From Azolla caroliniana (Eukaryota > Plantae > Polypodiophyta), in the NCBI GenBank assembly GCA_043228905.1, contig JBHGNT010000009.1, forward strand, positions 10,974,001-11,038,000: a DNA stretch of 64,000 bases. Direction: 5' to 3'. Numbering within the stretch: the stretch's first letter is position 1; each line of letters opens with the position of its first letter. A program made the translations under genes and the position numbers. Positions 24,160 through 38,225 of this stretch are shown here, in pieces. Below the pieces are notes generated by a model. It made no database searches, was not told the origin of the DNA, and saw only the letters and a list, made by a program, of their open reading frames with translations.

Positions 24160-26898
24160 CGGGGCAAATATCTCGTTGAAGTCCACGCCCTTCTTCTGCT
24201 GGAACCCCTTCACCACGATCATGGCTTTGTATCTCGGGGGGTTGCCGGCATCTCCCGGTTTCAACTTGTACACCCACTTGTTTCGGAGTGCCTGCTTTCC
24301 TTTCGGCAACTCCACCAATTCGTACGTATGGTTCTCATGCAGGGAATCCATCTCATCCTGCATGGCACTTAACCATTTGTGGCTGTGGGTGTCATCCTTC
24401 GCTTCTTCGAAGCTTTCTGGCTCCCCCTCATCGGTTAGCAGCACATGCTCTGCATCCGGAAATCTCCGGGGGGCCCTTCTCTCTCTTAGAGGATATCTCC
24501 GTCTCTGGGCTTCAGTAACCGGCTCCTCTATTTGCTCTTCATTCGAATCTGATTCGGGGTCTTGGTGGGTTCCGGTTTCAGCTTCCTCTACTTCTTCTTC
24601 TGCCGGTTCGATATCCTCACCGTAACTGGCTGGCTCCTCGAGTGCTAACCAGTCTCTTGCCGGTTGGGTCTGTTCATTGTAGAGTCTATCCTTACCGGTC
24701 GACTCGGAGTTCATTATCTTCTTCTCCGACTCCCAGTCGGCAAGCGTCTTGTCCTCCATGAAGATAATATCTCGGCTCCGGAATACCTTCTTGTCGACCA
24801 GGTCCCACACTCGGTAGCCGAACTCATCGTCACCGTAACCGAGGAATATGCATGGTCGGGTCTTTGGATCTAACTTTCCTCTCCGGTTCTTAGCTACATG
24901 CACGTACGCGAGACACCCGAATACCTTCAGATGCCGGTAGGACACTTCCTTACCGGTCCAGACTCTTTGTGGCGTGTCTCCGTCCAAGGGTACTGAGGGT
25001 GATTTGTTTATCACATATGTCGCCGTCGACAGTGCCTCAACCCAAAACTTCTTGGGTAGTTTTGCATGCGCCAGCATACTCCGGGCCCTCTCCATTATGG
25101 TCCGGTTCATCCTCTCGACCAGCCCGTTTAGTTCCGGCGTCTTCGGCATGGTAAATTTGAGTCGGATTCCCTTCGAGCGGCAGTACTCCTCAAACTGCCC
25201 CCAGTATTCTCCTCCGTTATCTGCTCGAACCGCCTTCAGCTTCCGGCTGGTTTCTCTTTCCACTCTCGCGTGGAGCTCTTTGAAGACGGATAGCACCTGA
25301 TCCTTCGTCTTCAACGGTGTGGCCCACAACTTCTGGCTATGTTCATCTATGAATGTCACGAAGTATTGTGCTCCGGCATGTGACTTCGTGTCTACTTGAC
25401 ACACATCCGTATGCACCTACTCCAGTGGTGCATTACGTCTCATCGGTGGCCTTGGTCGGAAGGAGGTCCGGTTTTGCTTACCGGCCAGACAATCAGTGCA
25501 CTTCTCCAAGTGCACGTTCTTCATTGGAATTAGGTTGTCGTCTGCAAGCCTCTTCATCCCTTTCTCGCTCATATGACACAGCCTCGTGTGCCACAACTCA
25601 CCAGCAGTGTCGGATGCCACGTTCACTTCTTCCGGACATAACCGAGCATTCATCAGGTACAGTGTGTTGACCTTCCGGGCCCGAGCCACAATCAGGCTCC
25701 CTTTGCTGAACTTCATGACACCGTTCCGGATGCTACTCGTGTAGCCTTCATCATCTAGCCGACCGGCTGATATCAGGTTCAGACGAACCTCCGGAACGTG
25801 TCGGACATCCTTCAGCAACAACTTGCATCCGGTTGGTGTTGTCAGCCACACGTCTCCTATGCCGACAATTCGGCATGTACCTTCATTCCCTATCCGGACA
25901 CAACCGTGATCACCGGCTGCGTAGAATGAGAAGCATTTCCGGTCCGGGGTAAGGTGGAACGACGCTCCGGAGTCTACCACCCAGGTCATCTCGTCGCCGG
26001 CAAGGTTTATCTCACTCTCCTCGGTGATGAGCATCAACTCTTCTTCACTTGCCGCGATTGCCGTTGTTCCCTTCCGGTCCGGCCCCCTCCGGTCTTTACA
26101 GTTCCGGTCCGGGGTCTGCTTCGAATTGGTACCGTCGGTTTCCTTGTCTTTTCGGAAATGCCGACAGTTCTTTTGGAAGTGTCCCGGCTTGCCACAATAG
26201 AAGCAAGTAGGCCTTCCCCTTGACTTTGACCGTGTCCCCGACTTCTCCCGGTTCTGGGGACTACGGTTTCTTTTTCTTCCGCGTTCCGATTCGGTAAGGA
26301 GCGCTTTGGAGTCTGAGCTTGTATCTTTATCTTTTCGACGCGCCTCCTCATCTAGCAAGCTCGACTTTATTCTTGCTAGGGATAACCGTTTTCCTTCCGG
26401 CCCGGCGTTGCCCAAAGTGACAACCAACGTCTCCCAACTATTCGGGAGGGAACCGAGCAGGAGTAGCGCTAGTACCTCATTGACGAGAGGTACTTCCAAT
26501 GAAGTTGCCTGGTGGATCAACCCTTGGAAGGCATTCATGTGCTCCGCCATGCTGGAGCCATCTTGGTACTGGAGTCTTACTAGCTTTTGGAATACCGAAA
26601 CTTGATTAACAACATTTTTGTTTTGAAACATAATGTTGATCTTCTCCCAGAGCTCATGAGCCTTGCTCTCTTCATTGAAGTTGTTGTATAGGCTCATGTT
26701 GATGAAGCACCGTATGTACGTCGTTGTCTTCATGTGCATCACCTCCCATATTGTGGCGTCGATCTTGTCCGGTCTCTTGTCCCCGAACTGAACCGGTAAC
26801 CAAAGATCTTTAACCACGAGCATGTCCCTCATCTTCGACTTCCACACTGAATAGTTGGAGCTGGTGAGCTTGAACACGCCGCCAAACGATTCGTCCAT
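24160..26898 (-). pseudogene. gag-PR-INT-RT(N-terminal) of D
   Basis: MDESFGG.., CFYCGKPGHFQKNC, VDSGAS, INT core; stop at 25417; interrupted by E at FAPVV|KMTS. Confidence 0.93.
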
Positions 26899-29575
26899 TT
26901 TCTGTGTCATTTTGCTCTCATACCACTTGACGAGAACTGCATGCTCCCTATACGCAACGCTCGGCCACAACCGAGCTTAGAATCATACACAGAAAACGGG
27001 AAATAATGAACGACACGAAGAAGAGACGAGTACGCAGGATGTTTACGTGGAAAACCCAAACTAAGGGAAAAACCACGGCAGCCCACAGGCTGCAAACTAT
27101 CACTATGTGAGAATGTACAACATTGAGTTCACGGAGGCAATGACCTCGTGCTCATGATCCTCGCCACAGGCGGTGGTTACAACAGAGGCAACAACCTCTT
27201 TCTCTCTCTCTCTCGCTCTATACACAGTTACGCTCTCTCTCTCTCCTTGCACCAACAAGAATGACAACAACTATATCAAAAGGTTTGCCCTAAGTCATAT
27301 TTATACTAATATGACTTTTCGGCTATTTACAAATATAGCCACGATGGACTCTCAGAGACATATTTACGAATATGTCTCTTCATCCGGAGAGCACTCCTCA
27401 CCGGGTCTTCACCATCTGGCTCTCCGTAGCCGGGTACTCCTCATCCGGTTTCGGCCTCGGCCGAGTTTGTTCATCGGCACTGTTCTTCTCCCTTCCCATT
27501 CGGAGGAACCTGTCTCCCAACACCGACTTCTTCAGTCGACTCGGCTCCCTTTTTCTTCTTGTTTCCCCCTGTTTCGGTCGTTTCCTCGTTTCCAACTGCC
27601 TGAGTGCCTTTACTTGTTCCGGTTCTCCCCCTCAAGTGCAACGTACCTCTGTGGGCTCATCGAAGGTGTTTCCCTAGAAATGGTTAACACAATTTGGCAC
27701 GCCCGTTTACAGTGGTAAGGTCACAACGAACTACGTTGGAAGCAAACTCCAGCCGCCATTACGGCGCCCCATCGCATCACGCGTTCTCGGCCACCTGCCC
27801 GACCCCCTGAGCCAGTTGAAGGAACTTCTTACTCGGTGGTCACTGACCAATCGTTCTAGGAGCTATTGGAGACTCAACGGTTGCAATCCTCGCCACCCGA
27901 TACCCAGTCGCGAGTTGATTCCGCACCAACCTCCCCGCCGAGCCCCCAGAGGTCACCCAACTTGACCCTAACCCTTTTCCGGCCTTACCCGAGGAACCGG
28001 ATCTTGATACCATGCCTTACCCTTACCCCTGATATACCGACGACCCCGACGCGGAAGCACACACCCGGGCGTTCGTGTCCACATGGCAGGCTAACCACTC
28101 GACGCAGCGGTTATTGGCTGCCGAAATCGAGGCCTCCAAACTCGCAGAATTTGCTTTATCCCTCAATGGCCCAACTGCTTGATGGTACTCCCGCCTCGAC
28201 ATGGGGAAGGTCACAACGTTCCAGGACGTCAGGACAAAGTTCCTCCAATTATTTCACCGCTAAGTTCCGAAGCGGAAACTACTCTAGCAATTCTTTTCCA
28301 TGAGCCAAGAACCTAACGAGACGGTCGCCTAGTTCATGATCCGGTTTCAGGATCTCTACCGACAACTGGTCGATGACGTCCCCACTCATCACATTTCGGA
28401 TACCTTCCTATCCAGCTTAAGGGAGCGTCTACGGACGACTCTCGCACTTACAGATTTCTCGAACCAGACTATCAAGCAAGTCATCGCACGCGTCCTTGCA
28501 ATCGATCAGACACAACATACCATGACTTTCTCCATGGGCTCTTTGCAAAGTTCCCTTCCGCAGGGGGAGAATCGTTTGCAACAAGCTCTTCAATGCACGA
28601 CTTGCTTAGGCTCAGGACATCTGGCTCTTGAGTGCCCTCATCGGCCACACTGCCCAATATGTCAGTCCTGAGCTCACACGATCGAACAATGTTAGTACAA
28701 CATGCTCAACCGCACAATCACGACTCCGGTTCGCCAGATCGAGTTGCGCAATATGTACTCCCGACAGGATGAACGTCAGTCATACCGACATCGGGCAAAC
28801 GAGCGACCATGATCCCCGAATCGTCACTGCCGCGACGACGACTATCGTCGCTACGACGACCGGTACCGCCCTAACAATCGCAGGAGATCAGACGACCATG
28901 ATCAGTACCACGACGACCAATATAGAGCAAACGATGAGTACGATGAGTACGGTGACGACTAGGTGGACTGGTACGATCAACGATATTCACGAAACGACTG
29001 ACGGAACTCTTATAGAGGTCCGCGGAACAATTGCCGTTAGAACGACAATCGTTGTTGGGACCTCCCTCCAAACACCCGCACACCGCACACCGCGTCACGG
29101 GCCAACACGCCTACCCAAGCGGCCGGGAATCAATCACAACCCTTCCCACACACTGAGCACGGTGACACAAGCAACTCGGCACCCGTTATCTGCTTTAAGT
29201 GTAACCAAGCCGGCCACTACGCTACCCAATGCCCAACCACGGACCGCGGCAAGGCCCCGATTGTGAATACGATTATGGCTGACGTCCAACACGTCACTAC
29301 ACATAGCAAGACCCACCCCAACCAATGGCAAGAACAAGATGACGTCCGACAAGAGGCCAAGGAATGGATTGAGACCGCCAACAAAAGCAACGTGGAACGG
29401 ATGCACTCAGAGATGCAGGACGTGACCATCGATGCACCACCGGCCGCAGGACCATCCACCACGGTAGAAGATGACCATCTGTGGGAAGCCCTTACAAGCG
29501 CTAATATCTCGCTACCATTACATAAGTTGTTACCACTCATGCTACGCTTTCAGGATACCTTGGCTAAGCTCACGG

Positions 29576-30614
29576 TGTCGTGAAGATTTTCGGCAATGGT
29601 GTGAAAATCACATAAAACGTACAAAATTGAGTGTGAATCACATAAAACAATAATAGTGAAGTATCTAAGTACAAAATGATGGAGGTCTTCAAGAGCTTTC
29701 GAATGCACTTTATTACACGAGAAACGGACAACTAGATGTCAAGATATGAGGGTATAAAGTTTCTGAAAGGAAAAGAGAAAATTGTGAGATATCCCACATA
29801 GGCACGACAAATACGGCTCTCATCATATATAAGGTAGAGCAAAAGTTATTATCTTTGTGTCTATGTGTGGAGCATAGAGAGTTCAAGGTAACTTGAACTA
29901 AGAGTGGAGGTGGCCTAGCTACTTGTAAAGGTTTTGGCCAACTAAAACCGGACCGACGATGGAGCCGGTGGAACCGACATTCGGCGACGCATCGACATCC
30001 GGCGAACCGACTAGATAAATAAATGTATAAATATATACATATATATAAATATACAAGGAGGGCAAGTAAGGATTCAAACCTTGCACCTCCAAGTTGAGAG
30101 TCTATAGGCTTACCACTAAGCCAACACATTTTCTTGTAATTATTTTATCATTGTAGTGTTACATGTAAATTCTCATACATGAGAGCTAAAATGAGTGACG
30201 TGGTTATCATGCACCACATGTAATACATGAGTGCCAAATTGCAAACATGCATTTTATGCATGTCTTGAACCCTCAAATGCATGAGGGCATCTATAAAAGA
30301 GGGGATGAAAAAGATCAAAAGGGGGGGATTTTTCTTGGGAAAAAAAAAAGATTTGTACTTTAAATCAAAATTAAGGTTAAGAAGAAAATTCGTTATCCTT
30401 TTGAGGATATACCTTGTTCTTGAAATCTAAAGTCAAGAGTTCTTAATCTCTCTCTCAATCTAAAATCAAGCGTTCTATCTTATCTCAATCTCTCTCTTTC
30501 AATCTATCTTAATTCCTTTCCCGCTAAAAGCTTGTGCAAACTTCGAATCCTTTCGGTCCAGAAGCCCGGCGGTTCCGCCTCGCGATCTGTGCCTAGAGAC
30601 GGATCTTCACAACA
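29576..30614 (+). mobile_element. Solo LTR of the TGTCG gypsy family inserted in G
   Basis: Ends TGTCGTGAAGAT / ATCTTCACAACA; 4-bp TSD ACGG on both sides; TATAAAA at ~30292. Confidence 0.9.
30061..30130 (-). promoter_or_regulatory. tRNA-like Pol III type-2 promoter cassette in LTR
   Basis: A box TGGCTTAGTGGT; B box GGTTTGAATCC 43 nt downstream, preceded by TGGAGGTGCA. Confidence 0.65.
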
Positions 30615-33542
30615 ACGGCTAACGACAAATCGGTCGTACCCCCTGTTAACCTGACAGAGCCAGGGATGGGTCCACCCCTCATGGATTCCCAGAATCCAGT
30701 TGTGAAAATCATGATTAAAGGATGCGACCTTCATGGGTGCATAATCAACGGCGGCTCTGGTGTGAACGTCATCAGCGAGGCCACATGTCACACCCTTGGC
30801 ATAAACCAATGGGAGCCTTGCCCCTTTTGGCTTCGGATGGCCGATACATGATCGGTTCGCCCCATCGGATTAATCCGCCACCTCGACTTTACTCTAGGAG
30901 GCCACATGTTCACTATCTCGGCCGTTGTATTATGACTCGAAGCACAGGGCGCCTACCCAATGTTACATGGCAGACCATGGTTGCGCACAACAAATATCAA
31001 ACAGCATTGGCAGCGCAACATGATCTCGTTTCGCCGAGGAAAGACCAAGGTTCGGATCATAACCGAAGAACGCATAACCACGCCCCACAACACCTCACCG
31101 TTATACGTGGAAGGGGTGCACATGCTCGACGGGTTAGCCGATGACGAGGTGGATGACTTCCTAGAAGACCATCGCACTATCATACCCCTCTTTGAAATCG
31201 ACGCCATATCGGCCGTCAGCACACCTCTAGACGAGGAGGTCACGGAGAATACACCTCCCCAGGACGAGCCCGATCCCACCACCATCGTAGAATTATGACA
31301 CGCTTGGGACGCTTTTGAACGTGAACTCGCCATCTCCCAACGAGTGAAGGCATCAAAGCTCAAGACACTGAACCTCGGTTCGGACGAGAACCCTCACACC
31401 CTTTAGATTGCTAATAACTTACCAACCGGCGAACGAGCAGCCCTCATACGCTTACTCACCGATTACCAGGATGTATTCGCATGGTCTTACATGGATATGA
31501 AGGGTTTGGACCCTCAATACTACCAACACCAGATCCATCTTCTCCCTAACGCTCGGCCGGTTCAGCAAAGACGCTACCGGATGAACCCCAATTATGCGGC
31601 TAAGGTCAAGGAAGAAATAGACAAGCTCCTCTGAGTCGGGTTCATACAACCTATAGATCGCGCCACATGGGTAAGTCCAATCGTAGTCATCCCCAAGAAA
31701 AACAGGAAAATCCGAGTCTGCGTCGACTACCGCAAGCTTAATGCTGCAACGGTCACGGATGGATTCCCTCTCCCGTTCACGGATAGCATTCTCGACACGG
31801 TGGCAGGTCACGAATGCTACAACCAAATCAGAATGCACCCGGATGATCAGGAGAAAACAACATTTGTCACGGAATGGGGTGTTTTCGTGGCAGAAGTAAT
31901 GATGTTCGGTTTGAAAACGACGCTGGCCACGTTCCAACGCATCATCACTGAAATTTTTAACGAATATATCCCGATGTTCATGCAAGTCTTTCTCGACAAT
32001 TTCGCCGTGTATGGCCAGCGACTGGAACACATGACCTAGTTACGTCTCTATCTTGGTCGATGTTTCCAGGCTCGGTTAAGTTTAAACCTGGCAAAATGCG
32101 CGTTCTTGGTCACAAGCGGCAACCTACTCGGGCACATCATCAGTCACGAAGGTATCACCATGGAATCGGATAAAGTACAAGGCATCCTAAACGCCCCCGC
32201 ACCCTCGAACGCAAAGGCCCTTAGCCGATTTCTGGGACAAATGAGATGGCACAACTGGATGATACGCCACCTAGCCGATTTCGCGACACCACTCCATGCG
32301 GTGGTGCATCAACTTCCCTTTCAATGGACTTCCATCGAGGACAAGGCTTACCAAGCTTTGAAATTAATGCTCTCGCATGCCCCAGTTGTACAATGCCCGA
32401 TATGGTCGGAACCTTTTCACGTCTTCGTGGACGCATCAGATATCGCCATCAGGAGCGTGCTCATGCAGCGCACACCACCAAATTGGTACCGACTAGTTTA
32501 TTACGCTAATTGACAACTCTCAGCCGCGGAGAAGAACTACTCAACCACTGAACGCGAGGCCCTCGGTATGGTTTACAACATCAACAAATTCCGGCATTAT
32601 CTCTTAGGCCGGAACTTCACATTCCACGTCGACCACTCGGCCCTCCTTTACCTGGTCAATAAACAAGCCCTGACAGGTCGACTGGCTCGATGGATGCTCC
32701 TGTTACAAGAGATTGATTTTCATATATAGCATCGACCCGGAGTCCAACACGCCGTTGCTGACTACCTAAGCCGCCTCGAGTCAAGGGACCCTGTCGAGGC
32801 CACGTATGACGATTTACCCGATGCCGGCCTATTTAATCTCACAACGCTGCCAGACGACAAAGAAGATGAATGGATCATGGAGATGACCCATTTCCTTAGT
32901 ACTGGCTTGCCTCCCGACCACATGCCCCTCGATGCGCGGAAACGACTCGCAATACGAAGCCGAAACTTTTGTCTCGTTTCCGATATCCTCTACCACAAAG
33001 GCTCGGACGGAATATGGTGCTGGGCAATTCGACAATTCGAGAAGAAGGCCATCCTCCAAGAGGCCCACCTAGAAATCGCCGGTGGACACTACGTCGGAGA
33101 GTCCACGGCAAGGAAAGTATGGTAGAGTGGGTTATGGTGGCCTACAACGAAAAAGGATGCCCACGAGTTCTGTCAGCAGTGCGAGTTGTGCCAACGGTTG
33201 GGACAACCGATGGAACAAACTCGAATGCCACACCAACCCATTCTTCCATTCGAACCATTTCAAAAAGGGGGGTTAGATTTTGTGGGACCCTTCAAACTAG
33301 CCGTGGCCCAAACCGGTAATAAGTATATCATCATGGCCACGGACTACTGCACAAAATGGATTGAGGCAAAGGCTTTACGAGACAACATGGCAGCATCCAC
33401 GACCAAATTCGTGTACGAACATCTATGGTGCCGCTATGGATGCCCAATAGAGCTCGTTAGTGACCAAGGTGGGCACTTTATAAACCATATAATACGTGAG
33501 CTTACGACACACTACGCGGTTGTACATAAGAAAAGTACACCA

Positions 33543-36500
33543 AGTTTACGCACCTCGGGTGCTTCATTGAGGAAGAAGGCCGTATTATTGTGCAAGGGCG
33601 CAGAGATGGGAGGATGTTTATCCTCGACTCTACGGACGGTGGCACCACAATGTTCGCGAAGGGACAAAAAGTCGAGTCGGACATCGATTTATGGCACAAG
33701 CGGATAGGCCACGTCAACTACCAGCGGCTTCAAGACCTGCAATCGAAACAAGTGGTGTTCGGATTGCCCAAATTTAGTGGCCGGAAGGCACAAATTTGTG
33801 AAGCTTGCCAGCTTGGGAAGGAACACCGACTTCCTTTTCCCAATGAGCGTAACCGGAGCTGGAACAAGCTCGACTTGATACACTCTGATGTGTGGGGGCC
33901 GGCACAAAATGTTAGTCTTGGCGGGAGCCGATATTTTGTCTCCTTCATCGACGACTACACACGGCACACATGGATCTACCTCATTGAGAGGAAAAGCGAA
34001 GTCTTCGACTCTTTCCGGGACCTCAAAGGGTTCATGGAAATGGAAACAGGAAGAAAGATCAAGTGCCTGCGGTCGGATAGCGGAAAAGAATACTTTTCTG
34101 GTCAATTCAACGGTTATCTACAACAGATGGAAATTCGGCACGAATTCAGTTGTAGATATATGCCGGAGCAAAACGGCGTGGCCGAGAGAAAAATCAGTCG
34201 GTTGTGGAAGCGGCACGGGCAATGTTGGAGGAGAAGAGCTTGCCCAAGTTCTACTGGGCCGAAGCGGTAAGGACCACGGTATACATCCAGTACCGGATCG
34301 GAGAAAAAGTGTTGGCGCACGAGCTTTACTTCGGAACGAAGCCGAACTTGCGACACTTACGAGTTTTCGGTAGCATTGCGTATGTGCATGTGCCGAAGGA
34401 GAAAAGGAGGAAGTTGGACGCAAAAGCTGAGAACTGTATCTTGGTTGGCTATTCGGATGGGCAGAAGGGTTATAAGGGCTATAACCCGCGTACCAAACAA
34501 GCGCACGTGAGCCACGACGTTGTGTTTGATGAGTCTACGTTCTGGTACTTGCCTCTGACTCCAAACCTCACCTCCAATCCGAGTTCTGATGATGAGGTCA
34601 GTGAGGCCGAGGTGCCTCCGGCTGAGCCTGAAATTGGGACCCCCGAAGAGAGTCCGATTTCATTTCGGTTAAGTGGACCGAATGGATGACTGAGTCGGTA
34701 GGACCAGTCCGATGAAGAGCCGGCGAGTAGTGGAGACTCGGTCGTGCATTCCCTGCGTAGGAAGCCGAGGAGACGGCTTACGCCCAAAGAGAAAGGGAAG
34801 AAGAAGGTGTCGGATTCCGGCACGGATACGAACGAGTCAGACCGAAGCGAGTCCGATTTCGAGGGAAGTGGCGGCGACGGGCCTTCAGGAGCGAAGTTCG
34901 CGTCGGCCGAGAAGACCTCGACATCGGCTAATGAACGATTACGCCGATCTACCCGCCAAAAGAACCCAATTGTGTGGTTCGGATACAACGAGTACATGGC
35001 GCATCATTATGCGTACATGACCCGTGTAGCGGAAGTGCGTGAGCCGGAGAGCTACACAGAAGTGGCGAAGGACGCGAATTGGCGCGCCGCAATGGAGGAA
35101 GAGATGCACGCATTGGCGGAAAACGAGACCTGGGACCTGGTTGACGCACCGAAGGGTGTGAAGCCGATCGGAAGTAGGTGGGTGTACAAGGTCAAGTACA
35201 ACACCGATGGCTCGGTCAACCGATACAAGGCATGGTTAGTGGCAAAAGGCTACGCGCAGAAACACGGCATCGACTACGATGAGACGTTCGCGCCGATCGC
35301 GAAGATGACGACCGTCCGTGTTTTGCTCGCAGTAGCCGCGGCCAAGGGGTGGCACTTACATCAAATGGATGTAAAGAATGCGTTCTTGCAAGGTGAGCTT
35401 GAGGACCAACTGTACATGGTACAACCCCTCGGATTTTACTTCGGAACGAACACGTCGGTAGTGTGCCGATTCAAGAAGTCCCTTTACGGACTGAAGCAAG
35501 CCCCACGTGCATGGAATGCGAAGATCACGCATCGGCTGCGTCGGAAGGACTTTGCGACGTCAAAATCAGACTCCTCGTTGTTCATTCGGAAAGGTCGACT
35601 CAGGCCGGTTAGTATTTTATTCTATGTTGATGACTTGGTCATCACCGGCACCGACCTAGGTGAAATCAACTGCGTGAAGCTCCAGCTTGTGGCATCATTC
35701 GACATGAAGGATCTAGGGGACCTTCATTACTTCCTCGGGATCGAAGTGATCCGCACCCCTGAAGGCGTACTGATCAGCCAATGTCATTATGCGCTAAATA
35801 TGCTCTTTAAATTCGGGATGGCAGACTGTAAGTCCGTCTCGACTCCTCTAGATAGAACTGTCAAGCTTCGCCCCAATTCCGGCAAGGTTTGCGATCCGAC
35901 AAGGTTCCGAAAAATTGTCGGAAACCTTATCTACTTGACAATCACCCGACCCGATCTCAGTTATCCGGTCGGGGTGATCAGTCAGTTTATGGCGTGACCT
36001 ACCAAGGAGCATCTTCAGTGTCCGCAACGTGTACTGCGGTATGTAAGCGGCACTAAGGACCGGGGACTGCTATATCGGACCGATAAAACCCCATAGTTGG
36101 TCGGCTACACCGATGCCGACTGGGCCGGCAATGTCGCCGATCGCCAATCCACGTCCGGATACGCATTCTCTCTTGGGAGTGTCGCGATCGCGTGGAGTAG
36201 CAAGAAGCAGCCGACAGTTGCACTGTCGAGCACCGAAGCAGAGTACAAAGGAGCGGCTATCTCGACATGTGAAGCCATATGGTTGAAGCAACTACTTAAG
36301 GATACGCAGGTGGAGGTGGCCGATCCGATGACGATCTACTGCGACAACCTCAGCAACATCCAACTCGCGAAGAACCCCGTCTTCCACACACGGACCAAGC
36401 ACATTGAGCTGCACTACCATTTTGTCCGTGAGCGTGTCCTTTCTGGTGAAGTCGAACTTCAGTATGTTCCGACGGATTGGTAGACCGCCGACATCTTCAC

Positions 36501-37498
36501 CAAGCCTCTTGGCCTGGACAAGTTGCGGCAATTCTCGCGTGCGCTTGTGTTGCGTCACCTCGACGTGCCGAACTTGAGGGGGAGAAACGTCCCAGATTAC
36601 CACGAAAGGGAGCAGGAAAGGAGCGGAAAAGACCGTGGCACCGAGTCGGATGACGAATTCGACCTCGGATCGGCCGAAGAAGCCGAGTGCAGATCCACGG
36701 AAGAGTTCGAAAGCGGACATAAGGGGAGTAGCCGAAAGAAAATGCCGGAGCCAACCAGGCATGGGGGAGATGACGCCGTCAAGGGCGAGAAGACCGAAGA
36801 CGAGTTGGAGACAGCCAACTCGGACGAGAGCGAAAACCGATCGGAGGTAGCCGAGTCGGTTCAGATGTTTGATTTAGATACACTGAATCAACTGAGGACC
36901 AAGCGGAAAAGAAGGCAGCAAGAGAAGCGCCAACACCGCGACAACAAGGGAGCTGTGAAAGGTTGTGGGAGCAGACAAGCCGACCAGAAGGGTCGAAGCG
37001 CGCGGAGTCGAACAGGCCGAGGAGCGCGAGCGAGGTGTGGAGCCAGGAGAAGCTAGAGCGTAGGTCCGGCAGAGCAGGCGGAATCTCAAGTTGAGCTTGA
37101 GGGGGAGTGTTGAAAGACAAGCTCAACATTTGTGCGTAATCCGATGCGTAAAACCGGTATGCAGACCGGTGCGTAGGAAGGCCGTGTCGGTGTGTAGACC
37201 GAAAGGCCGTTAGAAAGATATTCCTCGTAAGGAATAGTTTTGGGAGTAAGTTTCGAGGCTCATTTATGAGCACTCAAGTACTGTCAGTACTTGTGTCAGC
37301 CCATTGTCAGGGCTTGTATAAAAGTGCTCATTGAGCACATCCTATGTACAGATTGAGTATTATCTTTTTGAATTAAGTTCTAGTGTTTACTCTCTCTCTG
37401 TCTCTCCCGTGCGTACTGTGCAAACCTAAGCTTTCCATTAAACTTGTGTTTTCTGTTGTTCGGTTTTCCTATATTGCTTCCGCACGCCATTCTTTTCA
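33543..37498 (+). mobile_element. 5'-truncated copia element M (A/B family), ending inside the 3' LTR of G
   Basis: INT-RT-RH-extension ORF fragments 33590-37056; PPT then LTR 37108-37498; G LTR terminus follows. Confidence 0.92.
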
Positions 37499-38225
37499 AA
37501 GGTGTTTCCCCAGAAACGGTTAACAACACCATTGCGTGATTATCTGACCTTCTTCCTCGATGAAGCACCCGAGATGCGTGAATCGAACTTGCATCCCTTG
37601 CTCGACAATCTGTCCGACCGACACCAGGCTCTTTGTAATTGTTGGAACATGTAACACGTTCATCAACTTCCCCTTTTGTCCGAGATGTCACATGACTTAA
37701 GGGGACTTCTCCTACATGTTCAATTGGGTGAGGGGTGTTGTCTCTGGCTTCGACGACTCTTGGTTGCACCGGTTTTTCCAAATACGAGAACCACTCTTCG
37801 TGGCTTGCCATGTGGTTCAACGCTCCGGAGTCAACATACCACACTTCCTCTGATTTGGAAGTGGTCTTCTTCATCGAGTTTGCCTTGTGCTTCATCACGA
37901 AAGCTGGCCCTTTTCTAGTCTTTTCAGTTCCGGATCCTTCCGATCCTTCTGCGTTTTTGGGGAAATCCTCGCGTGTTCGCGAAATGAAGCGGGAACACCG
38001 GGGTCCTGGACCGGAAGGATTCAATGGAAGATAGATAGATGGATGAAAAGAGAGAGAGAGAGAGAGATTGAGATGGAGATTGAACCCTTGACTTTAGTTT
38101 TACAAGACAAGATACATCACCATTAGGATAACTCCAATCTTTGATTAAACGTTTCTTTTTGTTACTTACATCACTTGCCTCCTTACACAAGCCCCACTAT
38201 AGGCTTTTATAAGTCTCTCCATGCA

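Larger units (their letters stand above)
18764..27522 (-). mobile_element. Tnt1/Tork-like copia element D
   Basis: Perfect TSD CCGAC (18759-18763 / 27523-27527); 5' LTR 26928-27522; internally deleted 3' LTR 18764-19008; PBS TGGTATGAGAGC ~26914-26925; PPT 19009-19021. Confidence 0.95.
27645..33542 (+). mobile_element. Decayed Ty3/gypsy element G (gag-PR-RT-RH-INT), truncated in integrase
   Basis: LTR end ..GGTTAACA 27689, repeated at 37499-37525; PBS-like TGGCACGCCCG (tRNA-Arg type, from memory); CCHC knuckles; PR IINGGSGVNVI; RT VMMFGLK, VFLDNF; RH VFVDASD; INT GLDFVGPF, SDQGGHF. Confidence 0.9.
8014..37954 (-). mobile_element. Fragmented host copia element B0 (family of copy A), split by nested insertions
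   Basis: 3' LTR pieces 8014-8221 and 14507-14713; PPT 14714-14724; extension pieces 14725-15008, 18566-18763 and 27523-27644; protease region 37526-37954. Pieces rejoin across TSDs, except the last join, which requires an inferred deletion. Confidence 0.7.

Noticed and set aside
33186-33707. Gypsy-copia fusion ORF as a novel chimeric element
   Set aside because: A deletion junction at ~33542 joins gypsy INT to copia sequence out of the copia frame; both sides are pseudogenised.
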